This document shows positions 40,839-48,386 of a stretch of DNA of 64,000 nt, in pieces. Each line of letters starts with the position of its first letter. Within the stretch, counting starts at the first letter, position 1. The position numbers were made by a program, and so were the translations under genes. This stretch comes from a virus. Taxonomy: Duplodnaviria; Caudoviricetes. The stretch spans positions 1 through 64,000 of IMG/VR virus record IMGVR_UViG_3300028591_000003. One strand, 5' to 3'. Below the pieces are notes generated by a model, which had not been told where the DNA came from, made no database searches, and saw nothing but the letters and a program-made list of their open reading frames with translations.

Positions 40839-41269
40839 AATATCATTTTAGATTCATTACTACAAAGTTTATCTACATAATTATTCCATTTTACATCATC
40901 ATTATCACCTTTTTGGTGTCCATCTACATGACGATAAGTAATTGGATTTTTAACAAGAGATTGAGTAGTTACTAAAATATTTTTAATTTTAGCAATTAAT
41001 TCAGTATTCTTTTTAGGATTCCACTTTTCATTAAATATACATCCTAAGGCATATTCAGAATCAGATACTATTTCTAAAGAATCAATAGGTTTTTTAATAG
41101 ATTTCAAAGCATAACCAATAGCAGTTAACTCCATTATGTTATTAGTTACATTTTTAAATCCTTTAGAAAATTCAAATACTTTTTCTCCATTCTTTATCCA
41201 TACTATTCCGATTCCTCCATTACTATTGGCTCTACAAGAACCATCAGTATAAATTATCCAGTTATTCAT
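40835..41269 (-). CDS. rnhA: ribonuclease HI
   Basis: YTDGSC, TNNIMEL, SDSEY, HVDGH, WNNYVDKL. Confidence 0.92.
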   Translation of the reverse strand: MNNWIIYTDGSCRANSNGGIGIVWIKNGEKVFEFSKGFKNVTNNIMELTAIGYALKSIKKPIDSLEIVSDSEYALGCIFNEKWNPKKNTELIAKIKNILVTTQSLVKNPITYRHVDGHQKGDNDDVKWNNYVDKLCSNESKMIL

Positions 41270-41438
41270 CCCATTGCATCATTTAAATCACCAATATCAC
41301 CACCTAACCCCATATTATCTGGTTCCCAATCTTCTGGGATTGCCCATTCGTTTTTCTCTGAATCAAATAAACAATCATCAGGATAACCTGGATTATTCAT
41401 ATAGTCCTGAATTTCAGGCCAACCTACTTTAATGTATC

Positions 41439-41834
41439 TCATAATAAATGTCTATAATAATACTCTCTCCAATTATCAATTCCATTTTTACTTACATAAT
41501 CAGCAAGTTTTTGAAATTTATATTTATAATTATTATACTTACTATGTCCTTTAATCCATTTTAAATTATATTCTCTATATCCTTTATTAATAGCTGTTCT
41601 ATTATCACAATAAACAATAATATTTTCAGTATTATAATGTCTTTTTACATATTTAATTGCCCATATAATAGCAGCTCTTTCATAATAATTTATAGACATT
41701 TGTATTTCTTTACATTGTCGTTCTTTATAAATAACATCTGTTATATGATAATTTACTACAATTACAGCAGCTCTAGTATGAAAATTTTTCAAAGGTAATA
41801 AAGAAACATCAGTATAAATATAAAAAGTTCTCAT
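41439..41834 (-). CDS. second, divergent RNase H-like protein
   Basis: YTDVS, INYYERAA, YCDN, WIKGHS, LADYVS. Confidence 0.7.
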   Translation of the reverse strand: MRTFYIYTDVSLLPLKNFHTRAAVIVVNYHITDVIYKERQCKEIQMSINYYERAAIIWAIKYVKRHYNTENIIVYCDNRTAINKGYREYNLKWIKGHSKYNNYKYKFQKLADYVSKNGIDNWREYYYRHLL

Positions 41835-42313
41835 TTTACTAAAAATTCATCTGACCATGTACTTTGTTTAGTTTTATAATTCTCCCAAGGCCAACTTTCT
41901 TTAGCTTTTTCTATATTGGGTTCATCACATCCATATGACGTATTGTTATAATAGTATAGATACCAAAGAACTTGTTCCCAATATTCATCTTCTCTATGTT
42001 CTTGATGTGGAAATAAAGTCCAATACCATATAAAATTCCATTTAAATAAATGAATCCATATATAAGGTGCTCTTTCAAATCTAGGACTATCATATTTGTC
42101 TTTCCATCCAACATCATTAAAGATTATATGAATTAAAGCTGGGTTAGAACACCATAGAACAGGGCTAGGAATTATATTTTTACTAAATTTAAATTTACAT
42201 TGTAATGGTTTAAAAACATTTTTGACTTTATTTAAAGTCTTTTTTGGATTTCTAATATCTATATAAAGATATTTTCTCCAATCTAAATAAAACCAATCTT
42301 TTCTTACATACAT
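41831..42313 (-). CDS. hypothetical Trp-rich protein
   Basis: ORF; start placed at ATG below the terminator hairpin. Confidence 0.6.
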   Translation of the reverse strand: MYVRKDWFYLDWRKYLYIDIRNPKKTLNKVKNVFKPLQCKFKFSKNIIPSPVLWCSNPALIHIIFNDVGWKDKYDSPRFERAPYIWIHLFKWNFIWYWTLFPHQEHREDEYWEQVLWYLYYYNNTSYGCDEPNIEKAKESWPWENYKTKQSTWSDEFLVK

Positions 42314-42316
42314 ACG

Positions 42317-42343
42317 AAAAAAGGCGATCACTCTGGATCGCCT
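42317..42343 (-). terminator. intrinsic terminator
   Basis: AGGCGATC/GATCGCCT hairpin followed by TTTTT. Confidence 0.75.
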
Positions 42344-42679
42344 ATAATATTTATATATTCACGTTTCTTATCTTTTTTATAACTATTGTACCATAATATA
42401 ATATGATACTTATCTCTATAATCTTTATAAATATCCAAATAAGGACTATAAATTATAAATAATGCTAATAATATTAAAAGAAATATAATCATATTATATA
42501 ATATAAATCGTTTCGATTACTTATTCCATAATTTCCTTCTAGTTCAGATTGTGACATCACATAGTTATCTTTAACAAACTACAATTCGTTTAAGGCATAA
42601 TTCCATTTGAGATAACCATCCCATTTCGGAACAATCCCTACTTTACCTTTTCTACAAAGTTTTTTTATTTCGTTATATG

Positions 42680-43168
42680 TCATACTCTATTTTTAAGTTT
42701 TTGAATATACATAGGATCTTCTGCATATCCTATTTTTAATAAATATTCGTAATAATCTCCGCCTTTATATCGATTACTAAATAATTTTTTATAATCTGAT
42801 ATACATTCTTTCCACGTATTATATTCTTTATATTTATTACCTTTTCGTATTCCAAATAAATTGTTCTTATTACGACAAAGTTTACTTGTATAATTTCCAG
42901 TTTCAAGTTTACTTTGTGCAAGAACAATTTTAGAATGAGGAATGTTTTGCCTTTTTAATTCGGCTAAAACATTTCCTTCATTTAAAGGTACTATTGTTTG
43001 ATGAACATAAAGTGTATCTCTACTAACAATAGTATCCCTTTTAACATCAATACTAATTACTCGATCAGTTGGGAGAGAATCAGGAGTATATCTTTCTATT
43101 CCAACTCCAATAAAGATTCCAATAAAGAGTAAACAGAATTCTTTCCAATAATTTTTTCTCATAATCAT
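42680..43168 (-). CDS. GH73 glucosaminidase-family peptidoglycan hydrolase with N-terminal TM/signal
   Basis: VLAQSKLETG, NNLFGIR, GYAEDPMYIQKL. Confidence 0.85.
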   Translation of the reverse strand: MIMRKNYWKEFCLLFIGIFIGVGIERYTPDSLPTDRVISIDVKRDTIVSRDTLYVHQTIVPLNEGNVLAELKRQNIPHSKIVLAQSKLETGNYTSKLCRNKNNLFGIRKGNKYKEYNTWKECISDYKKLFSNRYKGGDYYEYLLKIGYAEDPMYIQKLKNRV

Positions 43169-43189
43169 CTAATTTTAATTAAAAAATCT

Positions 43190-43297
43190 TTAAATAAATG
43201 GGTTAATTCCATAATTAATTGCAGGGCCATACATACGATTAAATCCTTCAATGTAAGCATGACCAATTTTCTTAAATAAATTTTTTACTTTTTTCAT
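43190..43297 (-). CDS. small amphipathic peptide (35 aa)
   Basis: MKKVKNLFKKIGHAYIEGFNRMYGPAINYGINPFI, downstream of a promoter motif. Confidence 0.6.
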   Translation of the reverse strand: MKKVKNLFKKIGHAYIEGFNRMYGPAINYGINPFI

Positions 43298-43346
43298 AAT
43301 TTACTACAAATTTAAAGTTTATAATATTAATTATCTAAATATAATA

Positions 43347-43376
43347 CTAATATACTCATTTTTAAAAAATATCAAA
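43347..43376 (-). promoter_or_regulatory. putative promoter TTTG-N18-TATATTAG
   Basis: same motif as 24867. Confidence 0.55.
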
Positions 43377-43458
43377 TGACTTGACACTTGATCTTAATCA
43401 AGAAATGAATTTACAAACTTTTAAGATATGTAGTAATAATATTTTTAAGCTTTAGTTT

Positions 43459-43549
43459 TGGGGTGTACTGTGAAATTCGAATTCACGTGTCTATATTTCA
43501 AGAATCGGGGCCACAACCCGACGGGATCGACCACTACCCAAAGTACACC
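43459..43549 (-). tRNA. tRNA-His(GUG) with G-1, encoded CCA and long variable region
   Basis: cloverleaf; anticodon stem TCGGG/CCCGA, loop TTGTGGC. Confidence 0.85.
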
Positions 43550-43561
43550 ATATAAATATTG

Positions 43562-43632
43562 CGGGGATAGGGGGAATCGAACCCTCTCCTAAAAGTTAAC
43601 AGCTTCTTGCTCGACCTTCGAGCTATATCCCC
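43562..43632 (-). tRNA. tRNA-Asn(GUU)
   Basis: cloverleaf, loop CTGTTAA. Confidence 0.9.
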
Positions 43633-43789
43633 ATATACCTTTTTATTCTTTCCGTATAAAAAGGCTTTTTCAATAAGTTTATTTTTACTAATGTAAGGTT
43701 AAAACACTTATAAACACCTGTCTTGTTACATTTGTAAGACTATCAGTTTGGCAATTTATTTATGTCTCAGCCATTTCGACAGGAAATAG

Positions 43790-43867
43790 AGCGGTATACG
43801 GGAATCAAACCCGTGCATGCCTTCGGAGTGGAGGTCCGATATGCGCCTTCAGCTACACCAATACCGC
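43790..43867 (-). tRNA. tRNA-Gly(UCC), atypical (C33, T-loop TTTGATT)
   Basis: GCGGTAT acceptor, U73, stem TCGGA/TCCGA. Confidence 0.8.
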
Positions 43868-43875
43868 ATAATAAG

Positions 43876-43959
43876 TAGGACAGGTAGGATTCGAACCTAC
43901 AACGTATCAATGTATATGCTCCTAAGGCATACGCGGTTCACCAATTTCGCCACTGTCCC
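43876..43959 (-). tRNA. tRNA-Leu(UAG)
   Basis: loop CTTAGGA, long variable arm, A73. Confidence 0.9.
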
Positions 43960-43965
43960 ATGAAT

Positions 43966-44101
43966 AATAGTCTAAATTTCCTTTCCTCACTTAAAACCCT
44001 TCTCGCGAGCATAAACGTCTTATTTTAAGAATATTGAAAGTTCTATACCATAATGGAACAAACCCCGAAGCTTCTTTATGCAAGTTTGTATTTAGACTAT
44101 T
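43966..44101 (-). ncRNA. candidate structured RNA
   Basis: 12-bp terminal helix AATAGTCTAAAT/ATTTAGACTATT plus internal pairings. Confidence 0.55.
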
Positions 44102-44104
44102 TTG

Positions 44105-44192
44105 CGGTGAGTGTAAGATTTGAACTTACGATACATTTTTGATGTACGGATTCTTAGCAGGAATCTGGTTTAAACCACTCACCCAACTCACC
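44105..44192 (-). tRNA. tRNA-Ser(GCU)
   Basis: loop CTGCTAA, long variable arm, G73. Confidence 0.9.
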
Positions 44193-44198
44193 AATATG

Positions 44199-44285
44199 AG
44201 GAAGCAAAGAGATTCGAACTCTTGAAACGTGTTACCGTTCTTTTGTTTTCAGGACAAACGCTTTCGACCACTCAGCCATACTTCC
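44199..44285 (-). tRNA. tRNA-Ser(UGA), C33
   Basis: stem TTTGT/ACAAA, loop CCTGAAA, long variable arm. Confidence 0.85.
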
Positions 44286-44292
44286 TTATTAA

Positions 44293-44399
44293 ATTATAAT
44301 AACTTCCACCATTTTTATAACTCCCACTATACCAGCCTTTTTTCAGGTTTCCGAGTATCCATTATAGGATTTTGTATTTCTACAACCAGTTATTATAAT
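44293..44399 (-). ncRNA. candidate structured RNA
   Basis: 12-bp terminal helix ATTATAATAACT/AGTTATTATAAT; TTGTA-GAAA-TACAA hairpin. Confidence 0.55.
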
Positions 44400-44401
44400 A
44401 G

Positions 44402-44475
44402 TTCCAGTAGAAAAATTCGAATTTTCGATCTCAGCATTATGAGTGCTGCGCTTTAGACCGCTAAGCTATACTGGA
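44402..44475 (-). tRNA. tRNA-Met(CAU) (Ile2 not excluded)
   Basis: stem CAGCA/TGCTG, loop CTCATAA. Confidence 0.85.
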
Positions 44476-44480
44476 ATTTA

Positions 44481-44602
44481 AAAACCTAATTCTTCACTAC
44501 ACCTTTCGGAAGTAGATAAACTAACTGACCCGTCTTACAGAATATATGCTTAAATTGCCGGCATACATATATTAAGAATCGTTGCTCTCAGTATTAGGTT
44601 TT
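44481..44602 (-). ncRNA. candidate structured RNA
   Basis: 10-bp terminal helix AAAACCTAAT/ATTAGGTTTT; nested ACTGA/TCAGT, AATATATG/CATATATT and a GAAA-capped hairpin. Confidence 0.55.
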
Positions 44603-44610
44603 ATATTTAG

Positions 44611-44684
44611 TACTCCATGAGAGATTCTAACTCTCGACCCTATCGTTCGTAGCGATATGCTCTAATACACTAAGCTAATGGAGC
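44611..44684 (-). tRNA. tRNA-Arg(ACG), U19-A56 elbow variant
   Basis: stem TATCG/CGATA, loop CTACGAA. Confidence 0.85.
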
Positions 44685-44685
44685 A

Positions 44686-45003
44686 TTAGTAATTAAATAA
44701 TTGTTCTGGATCTTTAAAATCTTTAAATAGATATGGAGAAACATAATATTTTCCTATCTTATAATCAGCATATTTTACAGTTTTCTTTTGTAAATATACT
44801 TTAGTGTTTCTATCTGTTTCTGGATATAACCACCAGTAATATATATCTAAGTCGTCTGTTGGCTGATTATTAAATAAAGAATACAACTTTGGAATTATAT
44901 GATGTTCCTCAAATTCTACATAATCTCCTCTTCCACCATGAACTATTCTATTATATCCATTAGCAAAGAGTGTTCCATTTTTTAAATATATATTCTGTTT
45001 CAT
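44686..45003 (-). CDS. hypothetical protein within tRNA cluster
   Basis: start MKQNIYLK placed just below tRNA-Trp; RIVHGGRGDYVEF. Confidence 0.7.
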   Translation of the reverse strand: MKQNIYLKNGTLFANGYNRIVHGGRGDYVEFEEHHIIPKLYSLFNNQPTDDLDIYYWWLYPETDRNTKVYLQKKTVKYADYKIGKYYVSPYLFKDFKDPEQLFNY

Positions 45004-45005
45004 AG

Positions 45006-45079
45006 CACTCCGGGTACGAATCGAACATACGCTTTCTTGATTTGGAGTCAAGCCACACTTCCAATTATGCTACCGAAGC
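45006..45079 (-). tRNA. tRNA-Trp(CCA)
   Basis: loop CTCCAAA, G73. Confidence 0.88.
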
Positions 45080-45173
45080 TTTTATAGAATTATAAAAAGT
45101 CAAGCGCATTACATACATTCATGTGGCAACTATTAAAAAACTAATTCTATGTCCGTTAGGAAATTTTTGCATG

Positions 45174-45248
45174 TTGGGCAATCTAGAGTCGAACTAGAAT
45201 CTCTTGATTTTCAGTCAAGCGCGAACTGACCACCTGCGCTATTGCCCA
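45174..45248 (-). tRNA. tRNA-Phe(GAA)
   Basis: loop CTGAAAA. Confidence 0.9.
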
Positions 45249-45255
45249 AAATTAC

Positions 45256-45442
45256 GTAGATGTATCCAGACCATCTACTTACCCTTTACCTTAGTTTTAC
45301 ATTATAGTTTCCAAAACTTAGCGACGGCGGTTTTCTTACCTACAAAAAGCTCATTACATTCAGTTGCGCAACCTATCACTTCTTGAGTCTAAGTGAGAAT
45401 TGACATAACAGCATTAATGTCTCGTTACCAGACAGATTTGGA
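45256..45442 (-). ncRNA. candidate multi-hairpin RNA (~190 nt)
   Basis: GACAT/ATGTC, TCACTT/AAGTGA, AGTTTT/AAAACT, GTAGATG/CATCTAC; no credible ORF. Confidence 0.45.
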
Positions 45443-45446
45443 TTAG

Positions 45447-45528
45447 TGGGTCCTGAGAGACTCGAACTCCCCATGCACGATGCAGCTGATTTACAGTCAG
45501 CCCCGATGCCATCTCCGGTCACGAACCC
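45447..45528 (-). tRNA. tRNA-Tyr(GUA)
   Basis: loop CTGTAAA, variable arm TGCA-TCG-TGCA. Confidence 0.88.
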
Positions 45529-45530
45529 AT

Positions 45531-45905
45531 ACTAGATTGTTAAGTACAATCTAGAAAACCAAAAATCTGCAGCCTCTTCACCTGCTGATTAGTAATCATA
45601 GAATAAGATTAACAGCGCTCCTATGGAGTTACCCAATGGTCTGTCACCTACTAACTTCACATCTTACTAACATTATAAAGGTACATTGTTAGAAGGTTCA
45701 GGGTTTCTGATTCTTATTCTTATACCTACTATAAACCCTTTTTCAGTAACACGACAAATCGTATTTCTTGGCTTCCTCGAACCTCTTAAAGTTAATACTG
45801 AACTACAGACAATCCTCTGTCGTACAGGATAGTGGACTTACGATTACCCTAGATGGACAAAGCATCTAGCCTTACGTCTTATATACATTTGCAACTATAT
45901 ATAAG
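45531..45905 (-). ncRNA. candidate large structured RNA (~375 nt)
   Basis: ORF-free; many local and long-range complementary segments (see finding). Confidence 0.6.
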
Positions 45906-45912
45906 CCAAATG

Positions 45913-45985
45913 ATCCTCCTGCCGGGTATGATCCGACGACATCCACATTACAAGGGTGGTGTTCTACCAACTGAACTAAGGAGGA
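45913..45985 (-). tRNA. tRNA-Thr(UGU), T-loop A54/U58 variant
   Basis: acceptor TCCTCCT/AGGAGGA, loop CTTGTAA. Confidence 0.82.
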
Positions 45986-45987
45986 AT

Positions 45988-46010
45988 AAAAGGAGCTAAC
46001 TCGTAGCTCC
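45988..46010 (-). terminator. terminator-like hairpin after the lipoprotein gene
   Basis: GGAGCTA/TAGCTCC followed by TTTT. Confidence 0.55.
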
Positions 46011-46041
46011 AATAATTAAATTTATATTTTATGATTTCGGA

Positions 46042-46641
46042 TTAAGGCCATTCACCGAGTGGCATTTTAAATCCTAAACTATCTGGAAAAGCGGGATTAG
46101 AATTCTTAGCTTCTCCAGTTACAGCATCGACCCAAATTTGTTCATGAATATTACCAAAAATCCATTGTGTATTAACTGCTATAGGTCCAATAGGATTTCT
46201 TAAAGTAACATGTCTTGAATGAGGTTTAGGGAAATTGACTGCCATCATTTTATCCCAAGCTTCTGCATATTTAAGCTTAATTACTTCATCATTTAGTGAA
46301 TAATTTTCAATCCAAAAACCTTGAATAGAATCATGTACAACTGTGCCATCTTTAAAGTGTTGAAATTTATGTACCCATACATCAGCACCATTGCCTTCCT
46401 CAACAACACTTTGTAAAATATTTATAACCATTTCTGGACTACTTGTTGCACTATCCGAATCCATAAATTCTGGAAGAAGAATTTCTGTTTCGTACCAACG
46501 ATAATTATCTTTATAGTTTGCATACATAGTTTGTCTGTCTAAGGCAATCGAATGTTCTACATCTATAATGCCTTCTTTCGTACAAGACACAAAAGACATT
46601 ACTAAACCAATTAAAAGTGTTAAAATAAAACTCTTTTTCAT
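46042..46641 (-). CDS. lipoprotein (PepSY-like C-terminal motif)
   Basis: signal peptide II ending FVS-C; QIWVDAVTGE. Confidence 0.75.
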   Translation of the reverse strand: MKKSFILTLLIGLVMSFVSCTKEGIIDVEHSIALDRQTMYANYKDNYRWYETEILLPEFMDSDSATSSPEMVINILQSVVEEGNGADVWVHKFQHFKDGTVVHDSIQGFWIENYSLNDEVIKLKYAEAWDKMMAVNFPKPHSRHVTLRNPIGPIAVNTQWIFGNIHEQIWVDAVTGEAKNSNPAFPDSLGFKMPLGEWP

Positions 46642-46678
46642 TTTACATTAATTAAGTTAAAAGAACTATCTACTGATA

Positions 46679-47419
46679 TTATTTTAAATTTTTTATTTCT
46701 TCTTTTGTTGTAGGAAGTCCCTAAGCTTTACACCATTTTCGTATAGCATTATCAGTAACTCCATACATTCTTCCAATTTCACAAAAAGATCGAGTCTAGA
46801 TCAATCGTAGTAATTCTTCTCGTTCCGGTCTTTCAACTTTTTGTAAACTTTTATGGTAACATTCTAAACATCTAGCTCCTTTAGTTGGAATTTCCTTTCC
46901 GCAATCAGGACAATAATAATGTTTAGTTTCTTTTTTCTAAGATTCTATTTTTTCTTTATATTTTATATAAGAATCTTTAAGTTTTTGCGTGTGTTTAAAA
47001 ACATTTGTAATTAAATAATCTTCTGCTTTGCTATAGTTTTGTTGTCCATTTGCAGGAGGTTCTAATCTTAATGTTTTAGAAGTTTTACATTCTTCAACAG
47101 GAACCACATAAACCTTTCCTTTAAAATAAGTAGCAAAATAATCTATTTCTTTATTAGAATAAGTATATCTAATAGTTTCTTTAGTATTAGTAGTTTGACA
47201 AGTAGTACTAAAACTAAATGCATCTTCTTTTATTTTGCCGTGGTCATTAACATAATTAGAACATTTGCATTGGATTCTATAAAGATGTTCTCCATCATCT
47301 GCTATAAAATCATACTTTGCTCCATTTCCATATGGAATTGAACATTCAAAACCTAGCTAAATAAAAGATGTAATACACCGTAACTCATTTGAGTTACCCA
47401 ACATTTGTGTATAATCCAT
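46679..47419 (-). CDS. free-standing PD-(D/E)XK homing endonuclease with Zn ribbon and HTH, 246 aa, TAG read through
   Basis: GNSNEL..SIPYGNGAKYDFIAD..RIQCK, IDYFATY, CPDCG..CLEC, EIGRMYGVTDNAIRKWC; four in-frame TAG (47357, 46937, 46796, 46721). Confidence 0.88.
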
Positions 47420-47460
47420 AAATTAAATAAATTAAATAATTATTATAACTATCTACTAAG

Positions 47461-47533
47461 TCGGGAAGCCAGAATTCGAATCCAGTCCGCAATCTCCCAA
47501 AGATTTCATGCTACCATTAAACACCACATCCCG
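47461..47533 (-). tRNA. tRNA-Pro(UGG)
   Basis: CGGGA acceptor, loop TTTGGGA. Confidence 0.85.
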
Positions 47534-47582
47534 ATAAGTAAACTATTTTCACAAACAATTTACTTTGGATTATACATAATTT

Positions 47583-47708
47583 TAAGAATCAAATAGGGAA
47601 TCGAACCCTATACTAAATATAACTTATAATCTTAAAGTAGCTACCCAATAAGAAGTTATATTCTACAGATTTTTCCTCCTGCTTTACCCTTTTCGCCATT
47701 GATTCTTA
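47583..47708 (-). ncRNA. tRNA-like RNA with degenerate anticodon arm and ~55-nt extra arm
   Basis: acceptor-like TAAGAATCAA/TTGATTCTTA, D-arm-like TGGCGAAAAGGGTAAAGC, T-arm TAGGG-TTCGATT-CCCTA. Confidence 0.7.
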
Positions 47709-47711
47709 ATA

Positions 47712-47820
47712 AATAATCCTCTCAACGTATTCCACGAGCAGTTTAATGGTCTATAGATGCCATAGTTGAGCACTCTTTATAGTGTATTCTCTACACAACT
47801 GCTAAGTGTTTAGGATTATT
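47712..47820 (-). ncRNA. candidate pseudoknotted RNA
   Basis: terminal AATAATCCT/AGGATTATT; AGCAGTT/AACTGCT; crossing CTCAAC/GTTGAG. Confidence 0.6.
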
Positions 47821-47824
47821 ATAG

Positions 47825-47897
47825 ACTCGGAGGTAGGAATCAAACCTACACAAACTGTTTTTGCAGAACAGTGACTTAATCATTCATCCACTCCGAG
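47825..47897 (-). tRNA. tRNA-Cys(GCA), A19-U56 elbow variant
   Basis: loop CTGCAAA, U73. Confidence 0.85.
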
Positions 47898-47903
47898 TAA
47901 TAA

Positions 47904-48002
47904 AAATAAATAATTCCTTCCATCGTGTATAGCTTTCCTATACCTTACTTGGGCATTGAAACTGTTTAGCCGGCTTTCCCCGTTGACCAGAATTATTTAT
48001 TT
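47904..48002 (-). ncRNA. candidate structured RNA
   Basis: 13-bp terminal helix; two hairpins carrying GGAAAGC. Confidence 0.55.
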
Positions 48003-48010
48003 ATTTTTAT

Positions 48011-48132
48011 AAATCACAACAAGTACGTACTTACATTTATCTACCCTCAGGGAGAATTTACCTCTTGCGTTGTCCAGCAACTGCCTTCAAGCACCCAGAA
48101 AACTATACTCTTGATAATGTTTGTTGTGATTT
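48011..48132 (-). ncRNA. candidate structured RNA
   Basis: 12-bp terminal helix AAATCACAACAA/TTGTTGTGATTT plus internal hairpins. Confidence 0.55.
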
Positions 48133-48135
48133 TAG

Positions 48136-48208
48136 TGGGCCCACCGGGGTATGATCCCAGAATACCTGATTATGAGTCAGGCGTTTTAACCACTTGAACT
48201 ACAGGCCC
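48136..48208 (-). tRNA. tRNA(CAU), probably Ile2; T-loop A54/U58 variant
   Basis: GGGCCTG acceptor typical of Ile tRNAs, loop CTCATAA. Confidence 0.82.
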
Positions 48209-48308
48209 TGTTGAGGCATTATTCTTTTTATCTATAATATGTATTTATATTATGTACACTATACAAATAAATATTAATAGGAAGTGTGTAGCCTCCAAAA
48301 CACTTCTG

Positions 48309-48382
48309 TTCTGACACCTGGACTTGAACCAGGGATCTCTTGATTATCAGTCAAGTGCACTAACCTACTATGCTATGTCAGA
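48309..48382 (-). tRNA. tRNA-Ile(GAU)
   Basis: loop CTGATAA. Confidence 0.9.
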
Positions 48383-48386
48383 ATTT

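Noticed and set aside
43717-43783. Hammerhead ribozyme (GAAA and CTGAT present)
   Set aside because: No CUGANGA adjacent to stem II and no UH cleavage site in the required order
43876-43959. Possible amber suppressor tRNA
   Set aside because: The anticodon is UAG (reads CUA/CUG Leu), not CUA; no CUA-anticodon tRNA was found in the window
45004-45051. Track start of ORF 44686-45051
   Set aside because: It overlaps tRNA-Trp; the ATG at 45003 is more plausible
48011-48132. SAM-I riboswitch resemblance (TTATCAAGAG...GATAA)
   Set aside because: Lacks the P2 kink-turn GAGGGA segment and the GCAACC/GGTGC P3; no regulated ORF follows
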